NCBI GenBank assembly: GCA_035628505.1 | Contig: DASPJR010000088.1 | Location: forward strand, 30,765 to 94,764 | Length of the DNA: 64,000 nucleotides | Direction: 5' to 3' | DNA from: Planctomycetota bacterium | Lineage (GTDB): Bacteria > Planctomycetota > SZUA-567 > H5-PLA8 | Part shown: in pieces, positions 49,170 to 58,443 of the stretch | How positions within the stretch are numbered: position 1 is the first letter of the stretch | How the letters are laid out: each line of letters starts with the position of its first letter | Program-made: the position numbers and the translations under genes | The notes under the pieces: generated by a model | The model's database searches: none | What the model saw: the letters and a program-made list of their open reading frames with translations, nothing else | What the model was told of the DNA's origin: nothing

Positions 49170-50429
49170 TTACCTCACGTCGCTGCGGATTTCTTTAAAA
49201 AAGCGCGCGCGCATATCTCCGAGCCACGGTTTGATGCAGCGTTCGTTCAGATCGACGGGGAACACTTTGAACGTTCCGGACTCGTTGGTTTCGTGAATGA
49301 CGTTCCCTTTCGGATCGATGACCGCTGTCTTGGCGTCGTAGCCTGCAGAGACCAGATACACGTGATTTTCGTTGGCGCGCGCTTTCATCAGGTCCCAGTC
49401 GCAGCCCCACACCGGGAAGCAGATGATCTCCGCGCCCTTTGCGGCGAGCGCGCGCGCCGGATCGGGGAAGAAGCCGTCGTAGCAGACCATCATGCCGACT
49501 TTGCCGAAATCGGTATTGAACACCGGATACATCGTGCCGGGGGTGACACCGGCTTCGACCTCTTCGCGCGGCAGATAGACCTTGCGGTATTTTCCGGCGA
49601 GCTTGCCGTCACGGCCGATCAGCACCGCCGTGTTGTAAATCGCGTTGCCTTCGCGCTCGATGAGCCCGGCAACGACGTACATCTTGTGCTGCGCAGCCTT
49701 CGCGCCCAGCTTTTCCGTGCTCGGTCCGGGGATCGTTTCAGCGACCTGCTCCATGGTCAGCTGCGTGCCAATCTTGGTGATGCATTCGCCCAGGCAGACG
49801 ATATCGGGTTTGTCGGCAGCGATTTTGTCGAGCGCCTCACAGAAGGCGGCGACGCTCTCGTCGGCCGATTTCGTATTGCGCGGGCGCAGCGCGAGGCTGC
49901 CGATGCGGACGATACGCGGAGCCGGCGGCGTAGCCTCCTTGAAGCTGATATCATCCCACCACACGGCGCCTTGCGGCGCCCAGCCCAGCAGCAGTTCGAG
50001 CTTCGCCGCTGCGGCATTGGGCGGAGCGGGAACGTTCAGCACAATTTTCTTCCAGTCGCCTTCGGTGGCTTCGACTTGAAACACATAGTCCGGCTCGCCG
50101 GCGCGCTTGCCGTCTGCTTTGCGCCAGTCGATCCGCGCGACGACCTGCCGGTTTTCAGACGTCAACCCGTCGCTGCAGTACCAGGCGCTGAACTGGTAAT
50201 TCTTTCCGGGCTGAATGTCTGTGAACTGGCGAATCCACCCGCCGTACTCGGCCGCGTTGCTGTCGCCGCTGATCGCCAGCGAATCCGGCGCGGAGCGGAA
50301 GCGGATCGTGTCGCGGTAACATCGCGGCATGATCTCCTTGCGCGGCGCCCACGTCTCCCACGTTCCTTCCGAGCACAGCGCGCTCAGGCAGAGCATCAGC
50401 GAAAGGGCAAGCAGCAGGGGGCGTTTCAT
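49170..50429 (-). CDS. Secreted carbon-nitrogen hydrolase (nitrilase superfamily) with an N-terminal carbohydrate-binding-like domain
   Basis: Signal peptide. Nitrilase-superfamily E-K-C signature context (YRKVYLPREE ... GMMVCYDGFFPD). Confidence 0.7.
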   Translation of the reverse strand: MKRPLLLALSLMLCLSALCSEGTWETWAPRKEIMPRCYRDTIRFRSAPDSLAISGDSNAAEYGGWIRQFTDIQPGKNYQFSAWYCSDGLTSENRQVVARIDWRKADGKRAGEPDYVFQVEATEGDWKKIVLNVPAPPNAAAAKLELLLGWAPQGAVWWDDISFKEATPPAPRIVRIGSLALRPRNTKSADESVAAFCEALDKIAADKPDIVCLGECITKIGTQLTMEQVAETIPGPSTEKLGAKAAQHKMYVVAGLIEREGNAIYNTAVLIGRDGKLAGKYRKVYLPREEVEAGVTPGTMYPVFNTDFGKVGMMVCYDGFFPDPARALAAKGAEIICFPVWGCDWDLMKARANENHVYLVSAGYDAKTAVIDPKGNVIHETNESGTFKVFPVDLNERCIKPWLGDMRARFFKEIRSDVR

Positions 50430-50487
50430 AGTGATTAATCTCCGGCGGACAGGTAGTTTTTATACCCCGCTGGAGAGGCACATGAGC

Positions 50488-50516
50488 CGTAAAAAAGACC
50501 GGCCGCGGGGGGCCGG
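50488..50516 (-). terminator. Rho-independent terminator (minus strand)
   Basis: Minus-strand CCGGCC-ccccgc-GGCCGG followed by TCTTTTTTAC. Confidence 0.55.
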
Positions 50517-50672
50517 AAATACAGAGCAACGGCCGCATGGTGCGACTGGCTCGGCCGCGGCTGTTCAGCGGCCTAGCCAGTGCGACTGCGGGTTAACGCG
50601 TCGTCTGGTTCAACGACCACCGCGTCAGTGACGAGGAAAAGTCAACGACGACAGCGTCCGTTTCCGCGTTCG

Positions 50673-50800
50673 CACTGGCTGCGGCCAGTGGCACGCGGAC
50701 GAATACAAGCCGCGATTCGGCAGCAAGCTGAAGCTTTGACTCAAAGCGCTGCATCAGCTTGCACTGAAGTTTCGTGCCACTGGCCGCAGCCAGTGCTCTC
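50673..50800. repeat. Pair of mutually reverse-complementary 23-mers, each containing a palindromic 18-mer, plus a third hairpin
   Basis: cactggctgcggccagtggcacg at ~50673-50695 and cgtgccactggccgcagccagtg at ~50773-50795. An additional gcaagctga...tcagcttgc stem lies between them. All are in the 3' region of the citramalate synthase gene. Confidence 0.5.
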
Positions 50801-50821
50801 CGTTGCTTTCAGGACTTTGCC

Positions 50822-52507
50822 TTAGCCCGCCCGCACCGCGGTCTTGCGTTCTTTCTTTTCCGGCTTCTCCACTTTCTCGATTTTCTGCGAGCGGGTTTCG
50901 CCGCGGGAGCGGTAGAGCATGTACTCGACGCTGTCCACCAGCGCGTGCCAGCTGGCGTCGATGATGTTTTCGCTGACGCCAACCGTCGTCCAGCGGCTCT
51001 TGTGGTCGCTGGAAGTAATCAGTACCAGCACCTTCGCGCCGGTCGCCGCGCGCGGGTTGCAGACGCGGACTTTGTAGTCCACCAGCGTGATATATTTGAG
51101 CTCGGGGAAGAACTTTTCGAGCGCCTTGCGCAAGGCGCCGTCGAGCGCGTTCACCGGGCCATTGCCTTCGGCGGCGGTGTGTTCAACCTTGCCGGCAACT
51201 TCGATCTTCACCGTCGCTTCAGTGATGCTGCGGCCTTCGTCGTTGACCTGCGTCAGCACGCGGAAGCCATGCAGATCGAAAAACGGCTGATGGTGGTTGA
51301 GCGCCTTGCGCACGAGCAGCTCAAACGAGGCCTCGGCCGCTTCGAAGACGTAGCCCTGGTTCTCCAGGTCGGCGACGCGGTCTACGACTTTCTTCAGATC
51401 CTCCGGGCGCTCCTTCAGGTTGAAACGGTCGCCCATCGTGGCCACGACATTGCTGCGGCCGGCCAGTTCGCTGATCAGCACGCGGCGCGAATTGCCGACC
51501 AGTTCGGGGGCAATGTGTTCGTAGGTCGCGGCCACCCGCGAAACGGCGCTGACGTGGATGCCGCCTTTGTGCGCGAACGCGCTGCGCCCGACGTAAGGCT
51601 GGTTGTCGCGCGGCGGAAGGTTGCCGACTTCGTACACCTGGCGGCTGACTTCCGTCAGGCGCGCGAGGCTCTCTTTTCCGCGCAGACACGTGCAGCCCAT
51701 TTTCAGCTGCAGGTTGGCGATCACCGGAAGCAGATCGACGTTTCCGCAACGCTCGCCGAAACCGTTGATCGTTCCCTGCACGTGACTGGCGCCGGCTTCA
51801 ACGGCCGCCAGCGCGTTCGCGACGGCCACGCCGCTGTCGTTATGCGGATGGATGCCGATGCGCACGCCGCTGAATTCTTTTGCCACGGTCTCGACGATCG
51901 ACTTGATCTCACCCGGCACCGTGCCGCCGTTGGTGTCGCACAGGATCAGGCATCTGGCGCCGCCTTCGGCTGCCGCGCGCAGCGTCTTCAGCGCGTAGGC
52001 AGGATTGTTCTTGTAGCCGTCGAAGAAGTGCTCGGCATCATAAAGCATCTCCTCGCAATGCGCGGCGAGGTATTTGACGCTGCTGGCGATCATCTGCAGG
52101 TTGTCGTCCAGTGAAACGCGCAGCGCTTCGGTGACCTGAAAATCCCAGCTCTTGCCGAAGATGATCAGCACCGGCGCCTTGCTGTTGACCAGCGCCTGCA
52201 GATTGGGATCGGTCTTCACGTCATTCTTCGCGTGGCGCGTCGAACCGAAAGCGGTGATCTTCGCGTGATCCCACTTTTCTTTGCGCGCCTGGTCGAAGAA
52301 GGCCATGTCCTTGGGATTGCTGCCCGGCCAGCCGCCCTCAATGTAATCCACGCCGAACGAATCCAGTTCGTGCGCGATCTGGATCTTGTCGGCCAGCGAG
52401 TAAGCGATGTGCTCGCTTTGCGTGCCGTCGCGCAGCGTCGTATCGAAGATCTCGATGCGGCGCGCATTGTCCTTCTTCGGAGTGGAAGTTTTCGTAACCG
52501 ATTTCAT
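50822..52507 (-). CDS. Citramalate synthase / 2-isopropylmalate synthase family enzyme (CimA/LeuA-like)
   Basis: HMGL-like N-terminal motif IFDTTLRDGTQSE. HPHNDSGVAVANALAAVEAGA. C-terminal LeuA-dimerisation-like regulatory domain. Start is either the ATG at 52546 or the internal ATG at 52507 (with AAGAAAGG upstream). Confidence 0.8.
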   Translation of the reverse strand: MKSVTKTSTPKKDNARRIEIFDTTLRDGTQSEHIAYSLADKIQIAHELDSFGVDYIEGGWPGSNPKDMAFFDQARKEKWDHAKITAFGSTRHAKNDVKTDPNLQALVNSKAPVLIIFGKSWDFQVTEALRVSLDDNLQMIASSVKYLAAHCEEMLYDAEHFFDGYKNNPAYALKTLRAAAEGGARCLILCDTNGGTVPGEIKSIVETVAKEFSGVRIGIHPHNDSGVAVANALAAVEAGASHVQGTINGFGERCGNVDLLPVIANLQLKMGCTCLRGKESLARLTEVSRQVYEVGNLPPRDNQPYVGRSAFAHKGGIHVSAVSRVAATYEHIAPELVGNSRRVLISELAGRSNVVATMGDRFNLKERPEDLKKVVDRVADLENQGYVFEAAEASFELLVRKALNHHQPFFDLHGFRVLTQVNDEGRSITEATVKIEVAGKVEHTAAEGNGPVNALDGALRKALEKFFPELKYITLVDYKVRVCNPRAATGAKVLVLITSSDHKSRWTTVGVSENIIDASWHALVDSVEYMLYRSRGETRSQKIEKVEKPEKKERKTAVRAG

Positions 52508-52778
52508 CTCAGCCTTTCTTTTAGAGGCGTCACACGGCACCAGCATTGGAGCGTGCGGAGCATCTTATGCGTTTTCGTTTTAATTTCAGGCGCAAACGAC
52601 CGAGCGCCACGCGGGGAGGGTTTTCGCGTGGGCTTAAATCACGCCCCTGCCGTGATGAGCCGGCAGGGCGGTGATTCCTTTCGAGAATGTCTGGCTGGAG
52701 GCGATCATTATTTACGATCCTGTTTTGAACAAAAACGTTCCCGATAAAGGTAGCGAACAATCCGGCAATTTCAACGGG

Positions 52779-55748
52779 CTATTTCGCTTTAACGCCCTTT
52801 GCTGCAAGCCAGGCCGGATCGGCCTTGAAAACAATCTTCATGCTGCCGATCCAGTAGTTTCCGGTCGAGCCGAAGAACGCCAACTGCGCGCCCACGGCCT
52901 TGGCCGGCAGCGTGACCGGCGCGAGTTCCTCGCCATTGACCGTCCATTTCCAGGCCAGGCCCTTTGCCTCGACGATGAAGGGGACATTCTGCGTCCAGTC
53001 CAGCACCGTATTGCCAAGTGCGTTCGCCGCCAGGCGTCCGCTGCCGGCGCCTTCGAACATTTCCAGGTGAAGCTTGCGGTTATACGGTCGGATGATTGCT
53101 TTCGGGACCAGATCATAATCCGTGCTTCCCGGAGGAACGATGAGGATGCCCATGCGCGGGGTTCGGCCGAGCGTGCGGACGTTCACCTCCAGACGCCGCA
53201 GCTCCGCGATCGGCGCGATGAAACTAACCATCGTGTATTCTTCGCTGTGCTGCGGAACAGCAAAGCCGCCGTCCTGAATTGAGAGCGCGCCGTGTTCGTA
53301 CGTGAACGACTGCAGCTGCTGCTCGCTTGAAAAATCATAGCTCAGCTCGATGAAGCCGTCAGAGAGCATCTTCGCCGACTTCGTGCCAAAAATTTTCGGC
53401 AGCGGGCTGGTGACTTCCTCGGCAAATTCCCGGAACGCGCCGAGCTCGCCGGCTTTTTCCTGCGCAACGATGCTCTCTTTATGCAGCACTTCGAAAACGA
53501 TCAGTTTCTCGATGTATTCCTTCCACTTCTTCGCCTTGATCAGGCCAGTCAGTTCGGTGTACGCCGCGCGTGCTGCCAGCTCTGTGTCGCCGGCTTTGAT
53601 CAGGTTCAGCTTGCGTTCGAAGGCGGTCTTTTCTTTTTCGGGCAGCGTGTCCGCCAGTCTCTGGGCTTCGTCGCGTGCGCCGCGGTGCAGGCAGAGCAGC
53701 GCCGCCGCGTAGCCGCTCTTTGAGCCGGCCGCGTCGAGGATCATCTTGAGAGGCAGCGCCGCGGCAGTCAGCGGCATCTTCGCACCGCCGACGTCCACCA
53801 TCAGGCCGCGCTGCGGGTCGAAGGCTTCAATCTTCGCCTTGTCGCCGAATTTGCGCATCGGCAGATCGTTCGGCAGATCGACGGTCTTCTTGCTTTTGCC
53901 GATGACCGAGAGCGCTTCCTGCTCGAATTTCACGACCTGCGCCAGGTCAGCGAGCTCGGCCGTGAGTTCTTCGCGCGCGGGCTTGAAATCGTCTTTCCCG
54001 CTCAGGTCGCGCGCTTCCTTTTCGACTTTGCTGAAATCCATTTTCGCAGCGCGCTTTGCCACTTCCTGCAGGAACCTGGCGTAGGCGATATCGATCTGCG
54101 GATCCCTGGCGGGCACCGCGGGAGTTGCCGGCGTTGCGGGCTTTGATGCCGTCTCTTGAGGAGCGGCTGCCGGGGCCGGCGCAGACTCCGGCGGTTTGGC
54201 AGCGGCGGGTGCTTCCTCGCCATCTTCCGTGAGCGGCTTGTTTGTCTTTGTCGCCGGCGAAATCAGCGCGAGGATGTTGTCATCCTTGGTCTTCTCCGCC
54301 GCCTTCTCAGCTGTTTTCGGTTCAGCCGTACTTGCAGGCGTGCTTGCGGCCACGGGAGTCGTCGGCTTGGCGGCGACAGTCGCCGGTTTGGCGGCAGGCG
54401 AAGCCGTTCCGGCCGGAGCCGCGGGCTTCGCTGCGGGTTTGGCTGTATCATTGGGCTTGGCCGTGACAGCAGGAGGCTGCGGCTGCGGGGCGGGCTTGCC
54501 TTTTCCGAGCGCCAGCCACGCGACGATACCGAGCACCACAACACCCGCGCCCGCGATGAGCAGATTATTGTTCTTCTTCGGCGTTCCAGTACGCGCGCCG
54601 CGTGTCGTGCGCATCTGCAGCCCGGTGGCGGCGCCTGTGCCACGACGGGTGACGACGGGGTTATCAGAAGATGTACCGGCAAGCTTGAGCAGATCGCGCG
54701 GCGGCAGCGCGCACGAGGACTTCGCGCGGAACTCGGCGGCCACGGGCAGCTTTCCATTCGCTGCAGCATCGAGATCGCGCTGCAGCTGGGCGATATCGCT
54801 GTAGCGGTCGGTCGGCGCCTTGGCCATCATCTTCGAGAGGATCATGGCATATTCGACCGGGATCTCCGGGCACACATCGGTCAACGACGGCGCCGTGTCA
54901 GTCAGATGTTTAACCATCACCGCCGCGGACGTCGGCGCTTCGAACATCGGGCGGCCTGAGAAGATGTGGTAGAACGTCGCGCCCAGGGAGTAGATATCCG
55001 TGCGCGCGTCCAGGTTCTTCTCGCCGCGGGCCTGCTCGGGCGAAATGTAATAAGGAGTGCCCACCGCCTGTCCGGCGAGAGTGATGCTGGCGTCCTCGGT
55101 TTTTTCCATCGAGCGCGCCAGGCCCAGGTCGCAGAGCTTGGCCGTGCCGCTCGGCGCGACCATGATGTTCTCGGGTTTTACGTCGCGGTGGATGAGCTGC
55201 TTCGAGTGCGCATAGGCCAGCGCTTCGGAGATCTGCCGCAGGATGCTGATGGCCTGTTCGAAGGGAATGCGGCCTGATGCTTTTAAAAGCTGCAGCGCCG
55301 TCTGGCCTTCGACAAACTCCATGGCGAAGAACGTGTAGCCGCCCGACTCGCCACACTCGATGCCATTGATCAGATTGACGTGGTTCAGCTTGGCGCTCAC
55401 GCGCGCTTCGCGCAGGAAGCGTTCTTTGCAGGCCGGATCAGCCGCCATCTTCTTGGGCAGAATCTTCAGCGCGACAATGCGGTCCATCGAAATCTGCCGC
55501 GCGCGGAACACCGCGCCCATACCGCCCTGCCCTACTTTGTTCAAGATTTCAAAGCCGGCGATAATCGTTGGATTGGCGCGAATCGTTTCAGGCACGGCCG
55601 AGCCCGAGGTCAGGCTTGTGCCGGGCGCCTGACTTGTGCCGGGCGCCTGACTTGTGCCGGGCGCGTGGCTTGAGCCGGGTGCCTGGCTCGTGCTGGGAGG
55701 CAGTGGCGCGCCTGTCGTGGTTGCGTCGCTGCCGCTCGTCTCGGACAT
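52779..55748 (-). CDS. Ser/Thr protein kinase with a Pro/Ala-rich linker, a TM helix and a large C-terminal extracytoplasmic domain
   Basis: Hanks-type motifs GQGGMGAVFRA, HRDVKPENIMV, DLGLA, GTPYYISPE. TM segment LLIAGAGVVVLGIVAWLAL. Low-complexity PAAKPA stretch. Start is uncertain: ATGs at 55748 and 55754 have G-rich RBS-like upstream sequence, and an ATG at 55793 has none. The ORF track's first start is 55901. Confidence 0.8.
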   Translation of the reverse strand: MSETSGSDATTTGAPLPPSTSQAPGSSHAPGTSQAPGTSQAPGTSLTSGSAVPETIRANPTIIAGFEILNKVGQGGMGAVFRARQISMDRIVALKILPKKMAADPACKERFLREARVSAKLNHVNLINGIECGESGGYTFFAMEFVEGQTALQLLKASGRIPFEQAISILRQISEALAYAHSKQLIHRDVKPENIMVAPSGTAKLCDLGLARSMEKTEDASITLAGQAVGTPYYISPEQARGEKNLDARTDIYSLGATFYHIFSGRPMFEAPTSAAVMVKHLTDTAPSLTDVCPEIPVEYAMILSKMMAKAPTDRYSDIAQLQRDLDAAANGKLPVAAEFRAKSSCALPPRDLLKLAGTSSDNPVVTRRGTGAATGLQMRTTRGARTGTPKKNNNLLIAGAGVVVLGIVAWLALGKGKPAPQPQPPAVTAKPNDTAKPAAKPAAPAGTASPAAKPATVAAKPTTPVAASTPASTAEPKTAEKAAEKTKDDNILALISPATKTNKPLTEDGEEAPAAAKPPESAPAPAAAPQETASKPATPATPAVPARDPQIDIAYARFLQEVAKRAAKMDFSKVEKEARDLSGKDDFKPAREELTAELADLAQVVKFEQEALSVIGKSKKTVDLPNDLPMRKFGDKAKIEAFDPQRGLMVDVGGAKMPLTAAALPLKMILDAAGSKSGYAAALLCLHRGARDEAQRLADTLPEKEKTAFERKLNLIKAGDTELAARAAYTELTGLIKAKKWKEYIEKLIVFEVLHKESIVAQEKAGELGAFREFAEEVTSPLPKIFGTKSAKMLSDGFIELSYDFSSEQQLQSFTYEHGALSIQDGGFAVPQHSEEYTMVSFIAPIAELRRLEVNVRTLGRTPRMGILIVPPGSTDYDLVPKAIIRPYNRKLHLEMFEGAGSGRLAANALGNTVLDWTQNVPFIVEAKGLAWKWTVNGEELAPVTLPAKAVGAQLAFFGSTGNYWIGSMKIVFKADPAWLAAKGVKAK
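55609..55699. repeat. ~5 tandem copies of an 18-bp unit (cctgacttgtgccgggcg) inside the kinase coding sequence
   Basis: Seen directly. Encodes (SQAPGT)n, as in SQAPGSSHAPGTSQAPGTSQAPGTSLTSG, near the kinase N-terminus. In-frame, since the unit is a multiple of 3. Confidence 0.6.
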
Positions 55749-56022
55749 GCCCATCGCCCCCTGCTGCACCGCCTGCACGGTTGAGCCTCTCATTATATAG
55801 GTGAACCGTTTTGGGCGAAAGGGTGAAGAAAAGTTCTCTTTGTGCGTACCTCCATTTGCCAGGTGGCCGTACAGGTCCCCCACCCCCCGGAGAATTGGCA
55901 ATTCTCGTTACGTCAAAAGGGCCGTTGCGCATCGGGTGAAGGTCTCCTATAAACCCTTTAGCAGCCAGATCGATGCGCCCATCTCCTTTCTGGCCGCGTC
56001 GCCTCGCGAAAGGCACCTCGGA

Positions 56023-58170
56023 ATGGCGTTAGCGCCGCGCAAACCGGAACTCCCTTCCCTGCCGCCGCAGGATCTCTCGTCCGATTCGCTGCTTCAATAT
56101 CTTCCTCGCGTCGATTTCAACGGCCAGTCCGTCCCGCTGCTCGGAAAAATTCCGCTGCTTTCGCGCCTGGGCAAAGGCGCCATGGGAGCCGTCTATTATG
56201 GCGTGCACCCGCGGCTTAAAATCGAAGTGGCAGTGAAAGTTCTGCAGTCCTCCCTGGCGCAGCAGAATCCGGATCTGATCGAACGCTTCTACCGCGAAGC
56301 GCAGACGGCCGCCCGCGTCAGCTCGCGGCATCTGGTGCACGTCTCGGACGTAGACGAAGAATGCGGGCTCTTCTACATCACGATGGAATTCGTGCGGGGC
56401 CTCTCCGGCGTGGAATTCCTCAAGCGCGAGCTCAAGCGCGGCAAGCCCGGACTCGATGAGTGCGACGCGCTCGACGTGGTCATTGCCGCCACGCGAGGCC
56501 TCGCCGCGGCCCACGACGAAAGCATCATTCACCGCGATGTGAAGCCGGCGAATATCATGATTCCGCTGAACAAGAACGGCGAGACCTACGACCTGGAACT
56601 GTCCAAGCTCGCCGACCTGGGGCTGGCTCGTCCGGAAAACCAGGACGCCGGCCTGACCGGCGCGTACCAGGCGATCGGCACGCCCGGCTTCATGGCGCCC
56701 GAACAGATCGAAGATGCTTCGCGCGTGGGCAAGCCTGCCGATGTGTTTGCGATGGGCGCGACGCTCCACGCGCTGCTGACGGCGACGACGCCCTTTCCCG
56801 GCACTTCGCAGGTCGTCGTTTTTTCGAAGACTCTCAAGGATCCGCACCTGCGTGTGGACGAGAAGCGTCCCGATGTGTCGCTGGGCACGATCAGCGTGAT
56901 CGACCGCTGCCTGTCCAAGGATCCCGCTCGACGCTACGCAGACGGTGAAGCGCTGCTCGAAGCGCTCAAGAAATGCCGGCAGGAACTGACCGGAAGCGGC
57001 GTCCAGCCGCCGAAGAAGACATCCGAAGGCACCTCTCTTTATAAGAAAACGAGCAAGCGCCGCCAGACCCAGCAGCTCGGCGCGCCAACGATTCCTTCTA
57101 CGGCTGGGACGCCCGTGCCCGCCGCCAAGATCATGGCTGCGCTGCCGCCGAAACTGATCGACGAATCAACCGTTGTGAATACCGCACCGCCAGTTGCGCC
57201 CAAGCCAGCTGCACCGCCGCCTGGCGCCGACAAAACCGCCCTGACCGCCGCCGTGCAGGTCACTCTTCCGGGCGTGCCGCCGCCGAAGCTTGAAGCGTAC
57301 AAAGACAAAATTCCGATGCTCTTTCCATTCGACGCCCAGGAAGCCCGGCGCCGGCGCAAAGAAATATCCGAACGGCTGGGCCTGCCGGCGTCCGTGCAAC
57401 TGGATCTTCCCGGCGGCATACCGCTTCAGCTGCAGCTGATTCCGCCTGGCGAATTCCTCATGGGCAGCCCGGCCAGCGAAGACTTCCGCGCCAACGACGA
57501 ATACAATCACTACGCGCGCATGACGCGGCCCTACTACATCGGCACGACGCCGGTAACGCAGGAACAGTGGCAGGCAGTCGCCGGCTTTAACAACAGCCGC
57601 TTCAAAGATCTGCCCGACAGCCCCAGGCGTCCTGTCGAAAAAATTTCGTGGCTCGACATTCAGCAGAAGTTCCTGCCCGTTATTCAATCGTCGGCGACGG
57701 CGGGTTGGAAATTCCGCCTGCCCAGCGAAGCCGAGTGGGAAAATGCCTGCCGCGCCGGAACCGAGACTGCGTTCAATTTCGGTCTTTCGATTTCGATGGA
57801 CAAGCTCAACTGCAAGGAAGACGCCACCAGCGGCAACGACTGGAAGTGGGTCTATCGCAGCGATACCGGAAGCACCCTGCGCGAACGCGGCCAGACTTCT
57901 CCCGTGGGCATCTTCCCGCCGAACGCGTGGGGCTTAAGCGACATGCACGGCAACGTGTGGGAATGGTGCGAAGACTGGTACAGCGAACAGTTCTACAACA
58001 ATCAGCCCTGCGTGGATCCGCTGAATACCGAGCCTTCTGACGAGAGGGTCCTGCGCGGCGGAGGCTTCAATTACACGGCGCGTTACTGCCGCGCCGCCTG
58101 CCGCTACCACAGCCAGCCCGACAGCCGCAATTTCAGCTTTGGATTTCGCCTCGCTCTGGTGATGGCCTGA
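56023..58170 (+). CDS. Ser/Thr protein kinase fused to a C-terminal formylglycine-generating-enzyme (FGE/SUMF1) sulfatase-modifying domain
   Basis: Kinase motifs GKGAMGAVYYG, HRDVKPANIMI, DLGLA, GTPGFMAPE. C-terminal GEFLMGSP...RPYYIGTTPVTQEQW...RLPSEAEWENACRAG...GNVWEWCEDWY is the FGE signature. Start taken at the ATG at 56023 (MALAPRKPEL); the ORF track's first start is 55801. Confidence 0.8.
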   Translation: MALAPRKPELPSLPPQDLSSDSLLQYLPRVDFNGQSVPLLGKIPLLSRLGKGAMGAVYYGVHPRLKIEVAVKVLQSSLAQQNPDLIERFYREAQTAARVSSRHLVHVSDVDEECGLFYITMEFVRGLSGVEFLKRELKRGKPGLDECDALDVVIAATRGLAAAHDESIIHRDVKPANIMIPLNKNGETYDLELSKLADLGLARPENQDAGLTGAYQAIGTPGFMAPEQIEDASRVGKPADVFAMGATLHALLTATTPFPGTSQVVVFSKTLKDPHLRVDEKRPDVSLGTISVIDRCLSKDPARRYADGEALLEALKKCRQELTGSGVQPPKKTSEGTSLYKKTSKRRQTQQLGAPTIPSTAGTPVPAAKIMAALPPKLIDESTVVNTAPPVAPKPAAPPPGADKTALTAAVQVTLPGVPPPKLEAYKDKIPMLFPFDAQEARRRRKEISERLGLPASVQLDLPGGIPLQLQLIPPGEFLMGSPASEDFRANDEYNHYARMTRPYYIGTTPVTQEQWQAVAGFNNSRFKDLPDSPRRPVEKISWLDIQQKFLPVIQSSATAGWKFRLPSEAEWENACRAGTETAFNFGLSISMDKLNCKEDATSGNDWKWVYRSDTGSTLRERGQTSPVGIFPPNAWGLSDMHGNVWEWCEDWYSEQFYNNQPCVDPLNTEPSDERVLRGGGFNYTARYCRAACRYHSQPDSRNFSFGFRLALVMA

Positions 58171-58443
58171 TCATTAACAAATTTCTGGCACATTTATTTT
58201 GACTTTCGGCCGTTCGTAGGGTAATGTCTACCGCAGAGTCCGCTTGAATTATATACACCTCGGGCGCCGCGTTCTGTGGCGCGAGGGAAACCAGGCGGCG
58301 CTCGATACTTTTTCATCCGCGACAACTTTTTGCATGCACGCTTCGCCTCCTGGCGGGCCCGCTCACGCCTGAACTCGTATTTCCGGCGCGGCGGGACCAT
58401 GCAGCCCGAACCGTGCGCACACGCGGAAGAAAGGATGCCCGTT

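Noticed and set aside
49293-50438. 381-aa plus-strand ORF
   Set aside because: Antisense to the carbon-nitrogen hydrolase, which has a signal peptide and catalytic motifs.
50774-52114. 446-aa plus-strand ORF
   Set aside because: Antisense to the citramalate/isopropylmalate synthase gene.
52620-52670. Hairpin cccctgccg...cggcagggc, a candidate terminator after the kinase gene
   Set aside because: It has a good stem but no following T-run on the relevant strand, so I cannot call it a terminator from sequence alone.
54156-54959. 267-aa and 202-aa plus-strand ORFs
   Set aside because: Antisense to the Pro/Ala-rich linker of the kinase at 52779..55748. The translations are low-complexity.
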